A stretch of 64,000 bases of DNA from Parasitella parasitica NRRL 2501 (Eukaryota; Fungi; Mucoromycota), in the NCBI GenBank assembly GCA_025201805.1, contig MU619312.1, forward strand, positions 73,676-137,675. The letters run 5' to 3'. Positions 41,312-53,627 of the stretch are shown piece by piece. Each line of letters begins with the position of its first letter. The first letter of the stretch is position 1. The translations under genes and the position numbers were made by a program. Under the pieces are notes generated by a model that searched no databases, was not told the origin of the DNA, and saw nothing but the letters and a program-made list of their open reading frames with translations.

Positions 41312-43554
41312 CAGTGCAACCTGTGAATTTTGTCCATTTAGAAAACACAAATGGCGTTTATTGGAATATAAACATCCATTGGAAAAAAATAAATGGTGTT
41401 TCCTCAAAATTAAATATCGTATTCAAAAGCACATATTATCGTTCCTTAAACCTACATTGCATATCCTCCATAAATATTTTTTGTCTTGTTTTTTTTTTCT
41501 ACTTTTTTAAACTAATTCCCTTCAGAAAAGTCGGAAGGATACTTCTACTTCTTGCTCTGAAGGGGAGTCTTTTAAGAACAGAAACGGTAAAGATACATGT
41601 TAATTTCTGATCAAAACGTTACTAATTTAAGCTATGATGGTAGACACATATGAAAAAATTATAACCGACAATTCAGACGATGATTTTCAGCCATCAGTAG
41701 CCTTTAAATAAAGAAGTATGTATTAGCACATTATATTCATAAGTGCAGAAAATTCATAGCATTTTAAACACCCATTACATTGGTAAACAAAGCAAGAAAG
41801 AGGGCCAAGACGAAATTGGTAGCACAAGCGAGATCAGCTTTCGTAACACCAATGCTCAAGGTCCAATAACAGGTGAATCAGGCAAGAATACACAATCTGA
41901 TGAATGTACCCAATGTTACTGCTTCCAACTCTGACTCTACTGCTACCAAACCTGGTTCTAAAACGAAAAGCTTTGATGATAAAACAAGAAAAAAGGTGAT
42001 GACAGTGAAAACGACGATCAAAAATATATGGAAACCAGAATGTTTGCAGCCATTGTATAATCTAGTGAATACTACTCATACAGTCGTCACTCACACATTT
42101 GCTTTTTCAAAATACATGTTCTTGAAAGAACTGTCCGCAAACAGCAATTTTAACTTGAATGAATTTGTACGAAAAGAATTCTCTGTGGAAGTGTTCTTGT
42201 CTCTGATTGCCCAAAATACTACCCGCAGGGCTGTTAAGCATAAAGACACAACTGCAGAGTAGAGGAACTTCATAGCAAAATATCAACAATCTTACTTGGA
42301 AGACGCAAATTATAATTCCAATCAAACTGGTGAATGCTCAACAAATCGCACTATATGAGTGCACCAAGATTCAAACTGCTTATCTTAACAACATAAAGAC
42401 CCATTTTGGAAATAGATTGCAAACTCTACTAAATAAGCTCTGTGAGAAAAAAGAAAGAGCGGATACCATCCGTAAAGAAATGGCGTCCAATGCTTTTAGT
42501 GAAGAAGCTATTAACAAAGCGATACGACAAAAGGCTTACAATCCCTGTAACCAAGTTATGCAAGCTGTAGCTAAAAAAAAGGCATACCCAACGTTGATAT
42601 TTTGAATGAATCGTCAAAACCAAAAGTACAAACTTTCTTGTCGGCATATCCAGAAAATTACAAGTTTAAAATGGTCTCAATCTTCTACGATGTAAAGGCT
42701 AATCCAAAAAACCACTTCTAAGCCTTTGTTAAACTTGCTGAATTGTTTGAATTGGTGCAGCTAAAGCAATTTCTTTGTTTCCCATCAAGACCGATGTTTA
42801 TTCCTTGCTACATAAAGTTAGACAACAAGATTATCCACTACCATATTATTCAAAGCAAGGAACCTTTTGATACCAAGAAGTCAACTCGAAAACTGAGCAT
42901 CTATTGTCAATCTTAGAATCAAGGCTTTTAAAATTCGAGGATCCTTAAGCTTCAAAAATACTCTTGAAACTGATGGAGTTGGTGCCCGTATTATTAATCA
43001 GAACTGCGATACCTCCCGAAAAGAGCCGCAGTCAAGATGCTGCAAAAGAACGGTTTTAAAGTTTATCTCATTGGCGAATACAAAACATATTCCCTCTGCC
43101 CAAGTTGTGGTGGCAAGCTTGATCAAAAATTTAAACAATCCGAAACCCTATACCCATATCAACACCACAAAATGCCCACTGTAAAGTGTCATGGCCTAGC
43201 AAGGTAAAGCGAAAAAAATATATACTCACGTAACATGGATGGATCATGAAGACTAACCTTCTTCAAGATGTCGAAGCAGTATGTATTCAAGCAATCAAAA
43301 CCGACTATGGAATCGAGATCTTGCAGCTGTATTAAACTTTAGGAAGACTTTAACCTCCTTGAGGCAGACAGGCAGACGTCCGACAATTTTCTCAATACAA
43401 CAAAAACAAAAACTTTCCATCAAGGTTAACGCCCTGGTTATTTAATGCAGGTACGTACTTTTGAATCTAAAACATTTGTTTTTTTTTTGCCAAACGACAT
43501 TCATTTTTTTTTTTTTACTAACGATTTAAACTGACAAAATAATCATTCCAACTG
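41312..43554 (+). mobile_element. Non-autonomous Tc1/mariner-type DNA transposon carrying Fanzor1
   Basis: Left end TA|CAGT-N11-ATTTTGTC-N2-TTTA (41310-41340). Right end TAAA-N2-GACAAAAT-N10-ACTG|TA (43527-43556). Together these form an imperfect TIR with a TA duplication. No transposase inside. Confidence 0.68.
41520..43445 (+). pseudogene. Fanzor1 (eukaryotic TnpB-like RNA-guided endonuclease), decayed
   Basis: Fragments TVKTTIKNIWK..., TAYLNNIKTHF, YDVKANP, CFP...FIPCYIKLD, FKNTLETDGVG, VYLIGEYKT..LCPSC (RuvC-II plus Zn finger) and CHGLAR|C...RLWNRDLAAVLNF (RuvC-III, across the 43204-43267 intron). Stop at 42260-62, frameshifts, and the RuvC-I region is deleted near 43030. 5' start approximate. 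Confidence 0.88.
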
Positions 43555-43578
43555 TAATACTATTTACATTTTAATAAG
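43451..43578 (+). ncRNA. Putative Fanzor omega RNA region (scaffold to element end, plus flank-derived guide)
   Basis: Positional inference only: Fanzor/TnpB omega RNAs span the element right end into the flank. No fold was verified. Confidence 0.4.
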
Positions 43579-43621
43579 GGTAGTATATAAATCCAGACGT
43601 TGACTGTTGTACTAGAGAAAT

Positions 43622-46431
43622 CTATATTTTATCATGCATAGCAGTGCTTATGGGCGATGCTTGGTGAGGAGGAGAGTAGATGGAGGATATAAGTGTGTCT
43701 TTTCTAGCGAGTCCAATTTGATGTCTGGGTAACGGTGGAGGGGGAGGTCTATCCTTTTGGTAATTAGTGGAATTTCGTTGCTGTACTTGCAAATTATCAT
43801 CGATCGTCGTTATCAACGGCTCCGAGCTTGGAATAGCATCGTCATCGATTTTATAGTGCGTTGGTCTGGCACCAAAATCACCTTCAACTGAGCTGTTGTG
43901 AGCTTGTGCTCTGTACTCACGAGTACTGTTATAAATTGGTGGTATAGTAGTGGATGAGGAGGATTCAGCTCTGGAGCGACTTTGATGGTCAGGTATAAAC
44001 GGAGGGTATGGCTGTATTCTTTCGTCCACAGGTATTGTAGACAGTGGTGTCAAAGTCAAAGTTATAGGGTTGCTTTGGGGCCTGATTTCATCAGGCTTAT
44101 GCAGTGCAGATGTGACATGACTGTTGTTGCTGTTATTGCTGTTATTGCTGTTGTTGCTATTAAAGCTGTTGACCCCATTGTAATAGCTCGTAAGCATTTC
44201 TAGTGTATGAGAACTCGTTGTAAGGCGTTTGGAATTTCGGTTGTGTCCTGGGAGATCGCCATTGATATAAAAACTGGCTCTTTGCGAAGACATTGCCATT
44301 AGATTGGTAGAGCTGGTGTCGAGATTTGAAGATGTTGAAGCTCTGTTGCTCTTCTTTTGTTTCCTCCACATGGCCATGCGAGCTGGAGGTTTACCTGATT
44401 CGTCCAACTCATCATCTCCAAGGCCAGTTGCCATGGTAATCAAGTTTTTAACTAGCAACAGCAAGAATATAAAGTAGGCGAGGCAATGGATAGCCATTTG
44501 CATGTAGCCTACGTATTGCTTGACCATACTCGATGCTTCAATATTCGGCAGATAGCATATGTTTAAAAGTAAAACAAGTGATTTAATACAGCCAAACACA
44601 ACATGAAAAGCGTTTACTTGACTATCAGCATGCGGCCATTTGAACAGAAAGCCCAACGTCAGCAGTATTTCAGCTAAAATAATTAGTATGAGCTGTGCCA
44701 ATCCACTCGTCTGAAAGAGCCCAAGCATTGCTGCCACTACTGATTTATGTACAAGAATCACAATGAAAAAGTGAAATGTATCATCGGTATACGGGTTGTA
44801 TAGTGACCCAAATCTGAGCAAGAGTTTCAATTCCGTGTATATAAATGATGCGGGTCGGATCTGAAGCAACTTGATACTGATGAATCCGTAGAGCAGGAAG
44901 GGTACCACAAGAAATATAGCAGCAGAGAGTGTGATGTACCAAAAGGATGGTATCATCAACTGATAAAAGGATACTGTCAAAATTGGCAAATAGAGCAAAG
45001 TAATGATACGGACTAGAATTCCTATAATCAGAACATGAATTGTTACACTAAGAAGCCATGAACAACGTTGAAAATAAAATAAAATAAAACAAACCTATTG
45101 AGAAATCCCACATCTTTTTTGACATGACAGTGAAGCTTTGACGATCATTCATCTTGCCAAGCATGTAAAATACAGCCCAAATAATGCAACACAGCACTAT
45201 GCAAGACATTATGATGATGAGCGCGTAAACAAGAAAGGTGAAAAAGATGGCATTGACGTCAATTCCAGAAGCGGTTGCAAATTTGAGCATGCCTGTGCTC
45301 GTAACATTCACACCATGATCCGTTTCGTTTGCTGCTGTGATATTAGCCAATTGCCGCTTATAAATGCTGTATCTCGGGATAGAAGCAGTTTCTTGCAGTG
45401 GTGATGGCGACGACTGAAATATTCTGTGAATAACGGAATCCAGCCATCTCGACTCGAACAATAGATAGCTCCAAGAGAAATTAGAAGTGAAAAGCGCATG
45501 GAATCGTGGATAATCGATGTTGAGTTGGCCTGCCGCTACAATAAACTGGGCGTAAAATACCAGATCAAGAAATCCAGGTGTCTTTAAGCGTAACACACCT
45601 GGCAGCATGGCATAGTTGGAGCTCAGTAGAAACATATCGTGTTCTCCTCCTTGATGAAATATAGTGAACGAAGCAATCAGGGATATTATAGCTGCAGCGA
45701 CAGTAAATCCAATAGGTAGAAATGTAAAGACGTTTTGCCATGTCGGATGTTGGTAACCGACAGGAGCGAGCTTGATACATATGAGATGTTTGGAGTCTGC
45801 GTCAATTGCTGAGTACTCTGCAGTGATATCAGCCAATGGGTACGGAGCAACATCAGAAAGGTAAAAGGACTAAAAATAGACACACAGAAGAAATATAAAA
45901 TAGTTGGTTGGGTATAATTCTTTTTCTTTTTTTTTTTTTTTTCCTTCTCCAATGACCTACCCGTTGAATACTGAACTCTGTATTTTGATTTATTGGACAA
46001 CCACTTGATACATCACGGCAAAACTGCTGGGCTGGTGCGTGTAATGTTTGAAATCCAAACCTTAATTCAAACATAGAAGCAGCGAATGCTAAATTTAAAA
46101 AAAAAAGTTAATACTATATATAAACATCTTCTCGGGAGGAAATGAGTCTTTTCCTCCAATTGCTTTTTGATCGTTTATATTTACTCGATTCTTGTTGATT
46201 CAAGTTGCTGACTGTGACATTAGACGTGCTGGTAAAATTCAAATGGTAACTCCACGTTTTGACATCGAAATAGCGAGTTACAGAAGACACATCGAACTCC
46301 CCCTGATAGCAGTAAGTGAAATTGGTTGACGGAAACCACACATCATCTAATGACTGTGCATATCGAGAAGGAATTACTGTGAAAATTAATATCAAAAGGA
46401 GATTCAAATGATTTAGGTGAATAAATCTCAT
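43622..46431 (-). CDS. TRP-like / FLC (Pkd2-family) membrane protein with N-terminal ML-like domain, multi-exon
   Basis: Signal peptide, TPGFLDLVFYAQFIVAAGQLNIDYP.F..FTSNFSWS, RFGSLYNPY, multiple TM segments and a disordered tail. Confidence 0.82.
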
Positions 46432-48237
46432 GTGTGGATATGTATGTACTATGTGCGGTTGTATGTTGTATTTATAAAATCCTTGATATGATCAAGAGAA
46501 TAAAGAATGAAGAAAAAGGAGACAAAAAAGGACAAAAAAGAAGCCTTAACCCTTTATGACATTAATATTGAACCCTCATTTTGCATTCCCGCTTCATGGA
46601 TGATTAGTTTGATAGCCCCTTCCCTCCTCCATGGTTTGGGCTGTCATTTAGCAAACGATCAAATCGTTCAGCCACCTTAAAAAAAAAAAAAAGCATTGGG
46701 CAATCACTGCTAAACTGAGAAAACCAGTTTTACATTATTTCATCGCCAACTTGTTTGGCCCTTTCATATAAGGAACGTAGAATGTCGTGCTTTTTCTCGA
46801 CTATATACTTCAATTAATAAGGATATAAACTCTTTTTAAGAATGAAGAAGAAACACCAAAATACCAAAAAGGGAATTTTGAACAAATAATGGGTGCAAAC
46901 CGTTTATTACCACTGATTATGTCTGCAAACGTGAAATTGCTCAAAATCGAATGTTAAAGCTTCGTTCCTGAAGCGTTTGATTGGCTGTCTGTAGTAATTT
47001 ACAATGCACAAGACATGTCAAACAACAAAAAATATTCATCTCCACACCATCGAGCCATCTCTATTTACTTGTATGAATTAAATTCATCATCAATTAGACA
47101 ATCTTGTGAATTTTTCAATTTTTTGACTAATTTAATGAATGCTGAATAAATAACAACATAAAGCGGAATCGAAGACAAATGGAGAAATTTATTCATTTTC
47201 GATAATTACGGAAAGATAGGTTTCATACGTCTTTTGCCATTCTTAGGTTTTATATTCATTTATGGGCGCTATAAGCCTCAAACTCGGCTGGGGCTCGTTT
47301 ATCGCTCATCTGGTAAAAGCATGTTCAAGCATAATATACATTTTATGATGACGGTACAATGCTGCTACCACTAACATCTCAAATTCAGGCCCAAAGCACG
47401 TTTCCAGCGCCTTAATTAACTAGTTCCTGACAAACAAAAAGAAATAAAAAAAAACATTCCTGTGCCATATAGTGGTTGAGCCAACAAGCAAGTTAAGGAG
47501 GTTTCGTTTATGCACAGTTGACTTTTTACTGTAAAGAGCAAGTTGTTAATAACAACTTTCAACTGGATCTTGCAGCGCTTGCAATGTCTTTTCCCAACTT
47601 TGAATCCAATACCCTGTATGGCACTAATTTTACATGTTCGGTGAGAATTGGACCCTTTGAGAGAATCAGCAAATCTTTGTTGTGGGGATATCTCAAGAAA
47701 TAACAAGTATAATATTGCAGATGTTTCCTAAATGTTTTTTTTGTCAGCCTTTGAATTCTGCATCAAGCCGTATAGGGTATTATGCTTTAAAAACACCTTT
47801 TCATACTCCAAATGGCCTTGCTCCTGCAATTTTCGACGCTTTTGTTTCGCAGCAGACACACCTTAAATTTGGAGTACACACAAACGCATGAAGTCAACCA
47901 AACAATCCATCACATCAATATGTTGATTACATCAATAATCCTCCTTTTTGTGATGATAATTGGCTTCTCGTGTCAACTGAAACGAATTCTCCCTGTGGAA
48001 TAGGTCATCAAATTGAATCTGGAACGTTTTAAATGGATATGTATTTTCGAAAAGAAAAGCATCATGTTTATCATCGTTGATGCAGTGCAATTCATTTTTC
48101 TTCTTGTAGTGCAATTAAAGTATGCATTATGGCTACTATGGCACACGATTCCATGGCCCAGATTTGGGTATGTAACATAGATTATCATCATGGTGCATGG
48201 TGCAAACTGTTTTTATTTTCACCTTTTTACTTTCTCT

Positions 48238-48293
<56 letters not shown>

Positions 48294-50531
48294 NNNNNNN
48301 NNNCAATGTTGCTATTGCTTACAGATAAGCAACAACAAAAGCAGACAAAATCCAATCAATTCAAAATAAAGCTCTAAATAGTCGATGTATTGGTAAATTA
48401 CTGTCCTGATAAATATCAAGATCATTTGCTACGCCATGTTTTTTTGGTCATTTAACGATAATTATTACCTATTTTCAAATACTACAGTTCAACAAAGCTA
48501 CAACAACATCTTAGTTATAGAAAATTAATGCAACAGTTAATCTTCCAAATATGCTTCAGATATTAAAATCCAGCACATGTCAATAGATTGTAGAATTTAT
48601 TGCAAAATGTGAAAATAGATAGACACGGTATTCGGGTAAAAAGACAAAATCTTATTTTTTTAGTTGGGAGCCTTTTATTATATTGAAAAATAGAAGAGGT
48701 TGTTTATAAACTTTTTACAAACTGAGAAAAGTGATGTGATGAGATCAGGGTGCGATAAAAAAATAGAATAAAAAAAGCGGAAAGGATATACAATTATAAC
48801 TCTTCGATATTTATTCAAAGTTGAAAATGTAAGCCAAGATCCATCAAGTTGAAAGATCTTGGATGTACTTATATAAAACATAATCTGTATATTTCATGTT
48901 ACTAATGCAGTAACTGGATCGTTTCCAATTTAGGCTTCATGGGAAAGCAGTAACAACGATTGTGGTTTATATAGAGTACAAAGGCGTACAATTGTCTTTA
49001 TATTATGTTGAGTGTTAATAATGATATTTGTCATGTTCAATGTTGTTCTCAAGGACACGGTTCTTAATAAATAAATGTCTTACTAATTCAAATAGGACGT
49101 GTGAAAGACTGCCACCAGTAGTTCACATCACCGGGAGATAGGGTAGATTGTATGTCATGTCATTCATGTCATATTTATTTTATGGTCTGATGTTTTACGC
49201 TTTTGTTTACGTCTATGTTATACGAACATCCCGATTTCAGAATTGATACATCAGTGCTGATTTAAAAAATACTAATTTTGGGCGATGATGGAATAAATGA
49301 AAGTGTAATTTACATGAATATAATAAATTATATGTTTGTTGTAACCAGCTTTACGTTTCAATATAAGTACGGGCATGCTGATTGTCTATACGCAAATAAA
49401 GTGCGTGGGAAGATTATGATGTGTATTTTTTAGTTGTATTTATTATGTTTTTATCTTTGTTTTTCTCATAAAATCACGATTAATTTGGCTAAGTCAACAC
49501 CAAAATCCTAAAAACAAAAAAACAGGGTTTCCCCCTGTTTTGATGTTAGGCGGAGCTTGAAATTCGACCAAAAATAGAAATTGGTAGAATTTCAAGGAAT
49601 ACCACCCCTAAATAGCCGAAAAATGCCTTACCACACTTCAAAGCTTAGGATAAAATGGCCCATCTCAAGAACTGCTAGAGTAAGCACAGCAAATGAGTAG
49701 AAACAGCCTACATGCTCCTGTATGACCCGGATAAAGACCTAATGTCAAGTTTCAATGATAGGCCATCCACTTGACATGAAGAGAGAACCAAAACTACAAA
49801 TGCATAACAAAGAATTTTCAATTAGTAAAAAAGCTCTTATAGATATATAGAAAAAATAATAATACCTGAATGCGCTGCACACGAAACACGCCATCCTACT
49901 TAATGTTTTCTTGTGATAGGTACTATGAAAAACGAATACGAGCATATTAGTTACGTATTTTGAAAAGCGCGTGTAATATATACCTTAAAAGAATCGACTT
50001 TACCCAGAATCAAAGAGGTGTGAAGTGCCATATACCACCAATAATGAACACAAAGTGCACGCGTTTGCATTGTAGACAATCAAATATAATAGTATATAAT
50101 AATAAAATAATAATGTAATACAAGTGTGTAGAGAAGCAGCAAAAAAAAAAAAAGGTGGTTGCCAATTTTTAATAAGCCTGTGACCGTATTTTTGCGCAAA
50201 CAGCAAATGCATGCAATATAGCAAACCATATAAAGTGACAAAACTAAGCGAAAAACTATAATCTAGTGCACCGAAGCTATATGATAAGTTAAAATTGATG
50301 TTGTGGAATATGCTACTTTTTACGATTTGAAAATTGGTTGCTTGGATGAAAAGTTATTTCAATTTAAAGTCTTGATGAAAAGAGGAAAAAATGGGAAAAA
50401 CATTTATTTCAAGTTACATAGCTCTTCTCTCGACATCTAATTATGACAGCCAATTTTGAATACATTGTAGCATTTGAATAGTATATCATAATCAACATTT
50501 GGGTGGTTTCTCTTGTCTCTACAATGCTCAG

Positions 50532-51367
50532 TGTGAAATACATTCACCATGATGATCTGCATTCCACTTCTAGATTCATCCAGTTACCTTAATAAATTGA
50601 TATAAACTACATATGCGCACAGATAATAAGATGTACAATACAGATTTATACTATATAAGATATAAGCTAGAGACGGCACCATTAAGATGGATGACGCTAT
50701 AGACTGATACTTATATCTCGACACGAGCCTTAGACATTTACTAGATTTAGTACATGCTACGAGCTTATGCTATATAAGATCTATGCTTCAGATGCGTATT
50801 CCCAGTTTCTAGATTACGCACTACAAGACATATACCTATATCCATGATACTAGCTACAGATACATCATGTACTACAGACTTGTACAATATGTACAATGCT
50901 ATAGATATGCTTATGACATGCTATAGACATGCTACATATACCGTGATATATTATGCTAAGATGAATACCAAGTGATATACACTCAGACATGTACTATTAA
51001 TATAGACTGGTGGATAAGACTATACAAGAAATGATATACGCTTATGGATCGATATTAATAATCTTCGCATAGAAGATTGATCAGGGTACTACCTCGGGTA
51101 AAGTCTATCTCCNNNNNNNNNNNNNNNNNNNNNNNNNNNNNNGCTAGTTACGCAGTATTGTCGTACATGTTAAATTGCGAGAATAGAACATTTATCCACA
51201 GTTTAAGTATATAAAGGTTCATCTACCTGGCCAGTAGATGAACCGGAGCTTTATACACTACTTGTCGATTTGATAATAAAACCTATACCTTTATCAAGTT
51301 GACTTTATTGTTTTTTTATTATAATTTTTTTCCGTGAATCCATATAACAATTTATACCGATTCCACA
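50532..51367 (-). mobile_element. Solo LTR, family A (spans a 30-N gap)
   Basis: Minus-strand termini TGTGGAAT...ATTTCACA are near-inverted. A 5-bp TSD CTCAG flanks it (50527-50531 and 51368-51372). Confidence 0.75.
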
Positions 51368-52043
51368 CTCAGTACAAAAAACTAAAATTGACAAAATTAC
51401 AACATACAGTAGTATCATTTCGAAAATATTACGGTAATAACATATGCTGAGCTTTTTATTAGTATTACTGTTTATGCAAAATATACAGATTCTGATCTAT
51501 CTCTTAGTACTGATCTTTAAAAATGGAGAAAATTCTATGCCGGTTTATCATGGTAGTATAGTTACAAGTGGTACCTCAAAAAGCTTTTTTGATTGAGCAC
51601 GAAGCTGAATTTAAAAAAGGAAGCGCATTTTTTTGTTCAGAATGGTTCAGTTGACCAAAAAATCAATGTCGAAACTCTTTGATTGCATATTTGAAGCCAA
51701 ATTCATCAGAAGTCTCCAAGCATAATACAGTACATTGATACAAGAGTCCGTGCTCTATCTAACCGTGCAAAGATCAAAGTGAATTATATTGAAAAATTAA
51801 CGGATAAAACAGAAAAACCGAGATTTTTTTTTTTAGGTTAAAATGCCATTTTTGTGTATGGAAGTTTTTATTTCAAGATATTATATGGTACCTGAGGTCT
51901 ATATAAATAAATTTGTCTAGCATTGTTGCGTGATTAAACATCTTTTTTTTCGCTAAATTTGCGATTAAATAGTTTTTGACACAATCCATGAGTAGTCCTA
52001 AGGGAAAAATGTGCCTTGAAAGGAGTCTGAAAAAAGTCTGATT
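51143..52043. repeat. Left arm of ~900 bp inverted duplication (partner 63099-64000)
   Basis: Reverse complement of 63099-64000, with only about 3 substitutions and a few small indels counted by eye. Confidence 0.95.
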
Positions 52044-52197
52044 GTGTGTCGTTCCTAACACAATTGTGGTTGCCTCCACTCGGACATCGGATGTGGTTAT
52101 GGGCTCTCAAGCCACGCTTTATTTTCAATATAAATATATAATAAACTTTTATCCTGTTCCCTTTATACCTTTCAAAGCCGCGCACCGTGGAAATACT

Positions 52198-52989
52198 ATG
52201 TCAAGTATCAATGGACTCACCGACGAAAAAATTCAAAAATTACTTGAATTCTATGAACAATACCAAGGAGATCACAATGAAGAAGCATTTGACAGGTCAC
52301 AGCTCTTTGACTTACCTACACAAATCATCTCAGAATTGGAAGAGTCTACCTCTTCTGAGCTTAGAAGCAAGCTCAAACAATTCCACAAGGACACCCTCAA
52401 GTATGAGGGAGGCAAATGGACAAGATCGGGAGCCATTAATCGTATCTTCTTATCCGAGCTCAAGAAGCAGAGGCTGGATGCCACCCAGACCATCAATGCC
52501 TTCTATAAGGGAGCCGATCGTTTGCGTACGACAGAAAAAGCCTGCGCTGAAATCTTTGCAGACTTCCAACACATCATTGAACAGGGAGGTGGAGAGAATG
52601 AAATGGATATCATCTTGCAGAAAATCTAGCGTTTGGCAGTCTATTCGTTCGCCACTGGTAAAGAGTTGGACCAAGATGCCAAAGATTTGGCCACAAGGAC
52701 CATCAAGCTACCAGAAAACATGCAGTATCTCCGCGACAACGAAGAGGAAGGCAGGGACTTGGCCTTCCCTACCGAAGTTGTCGAGAAGATTTACCAAGGC
52801 CGCTATGAAGAAACCATCCTCAAACAGGCCACCTCAAGGTCATACGGCGGTTTTAAATCTCGAGGAGACCACCGTAGTAGCCATCGAGGAGGACGAACTA
52901 ATTTTTTTGGCAAGGGCAGGGGTCGAGGACAACCACCCCCACCAACCACAACAATATCCCACCATCCGTCAAACTCCACAGACCAGTGA
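52198..52989 (+). pseudogene. DIRS ORF1 (gag-like), in-frame stop at 52627-29
   Basis: ORFs 52042..52629 and 52633..52989 are in the same frame, separated by one TAG, and end in an RGG-rich tail overlapping ORF2. Confidence 0.75.
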
Positions 52990-53411
52990 GATTATTGACT
53001 TCGACCGTAATAGAAGCACAAAAAACCCTACAAAAAACCCAAAAACATCAGAAAATAGAAAACAAACAAACAAAGATCGACATGCATTACACTGTACCGG
53101 AAGATGGGATTCCTCCAGGAGGCCGTATACAGCACTTCCTCCACAACTGGAAGAAGATCACAACACACAAATGGCCCTTGTCTGTTATCAGCCAAGGATA
53201 CCAGATACAATTACAATCCTCACCTGTACCATGGAAACAGAGGCACCGATCACCGAACCCGGCGCTGGATCCTGTGGTGAAAAAAATTTTGGTCTCAAAA
53301 GTGATCGAACGGGCACCGGACCAGGACGACCGTTTTCTCTCAACTCTATTCACGATCCAGGAACCCAACAAGATTTGACCCATATTAGATTGCCGGCGAA
53401 TCAACAAACAC
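52986..53411 (+). pseudogene. DIRS reverse transcriptase N-terminus, cut by LTR insertion
   Basis: GGRIQHFLHNWKKIT...SVISQGYQIQL...FLSTLFTIQE..KI*PILDCRRIN is typical of the DIRS RT start. Confidence 0.85.
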
Positions 53412-53627
53412 TGTGGAATCGGTATAAATTGTTATATGGATTCACGGAAAAAAATTATAATAAAAAAACAATAAAGTCAACTTGATAAGGTATAGGTTCT
53501 ATTATCAAATCGACAGGTGTATAAAGCTCCGGTTCATCTACTGGCCAGGTAGATGAACCTTTATATACTTAAACTGTGGATAAATGTTCTATTCTCGCAA
53601 TGTAACATGTACAACAATACTGCGTAA
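53412..53627 (+). mobile_element. LTR family A, 5' portion, inserted in DIRS RT
   Basis: Begins TGTGGAATCGG and is near-identical to 63776-63995 and to the reverse complement of 51148-51367. Confidence 0.85.

Noticed and set aside
41518-41564. Hairpin CCCTTCAGA...TCTGAAGGG as a transposon end
   Set aside because: It lies ~200 bp inside the TIR, in what appears to be Fanzor exon 1, and may be incidental.
53521-53565. LTR-A hairpins as a hammerhead ribozyme or CRISPR repeat
   Set aside because: No CUGANGA/GAAA core on either strand. The three copies are dispersed LTR parts, not a repeat-spacer array.
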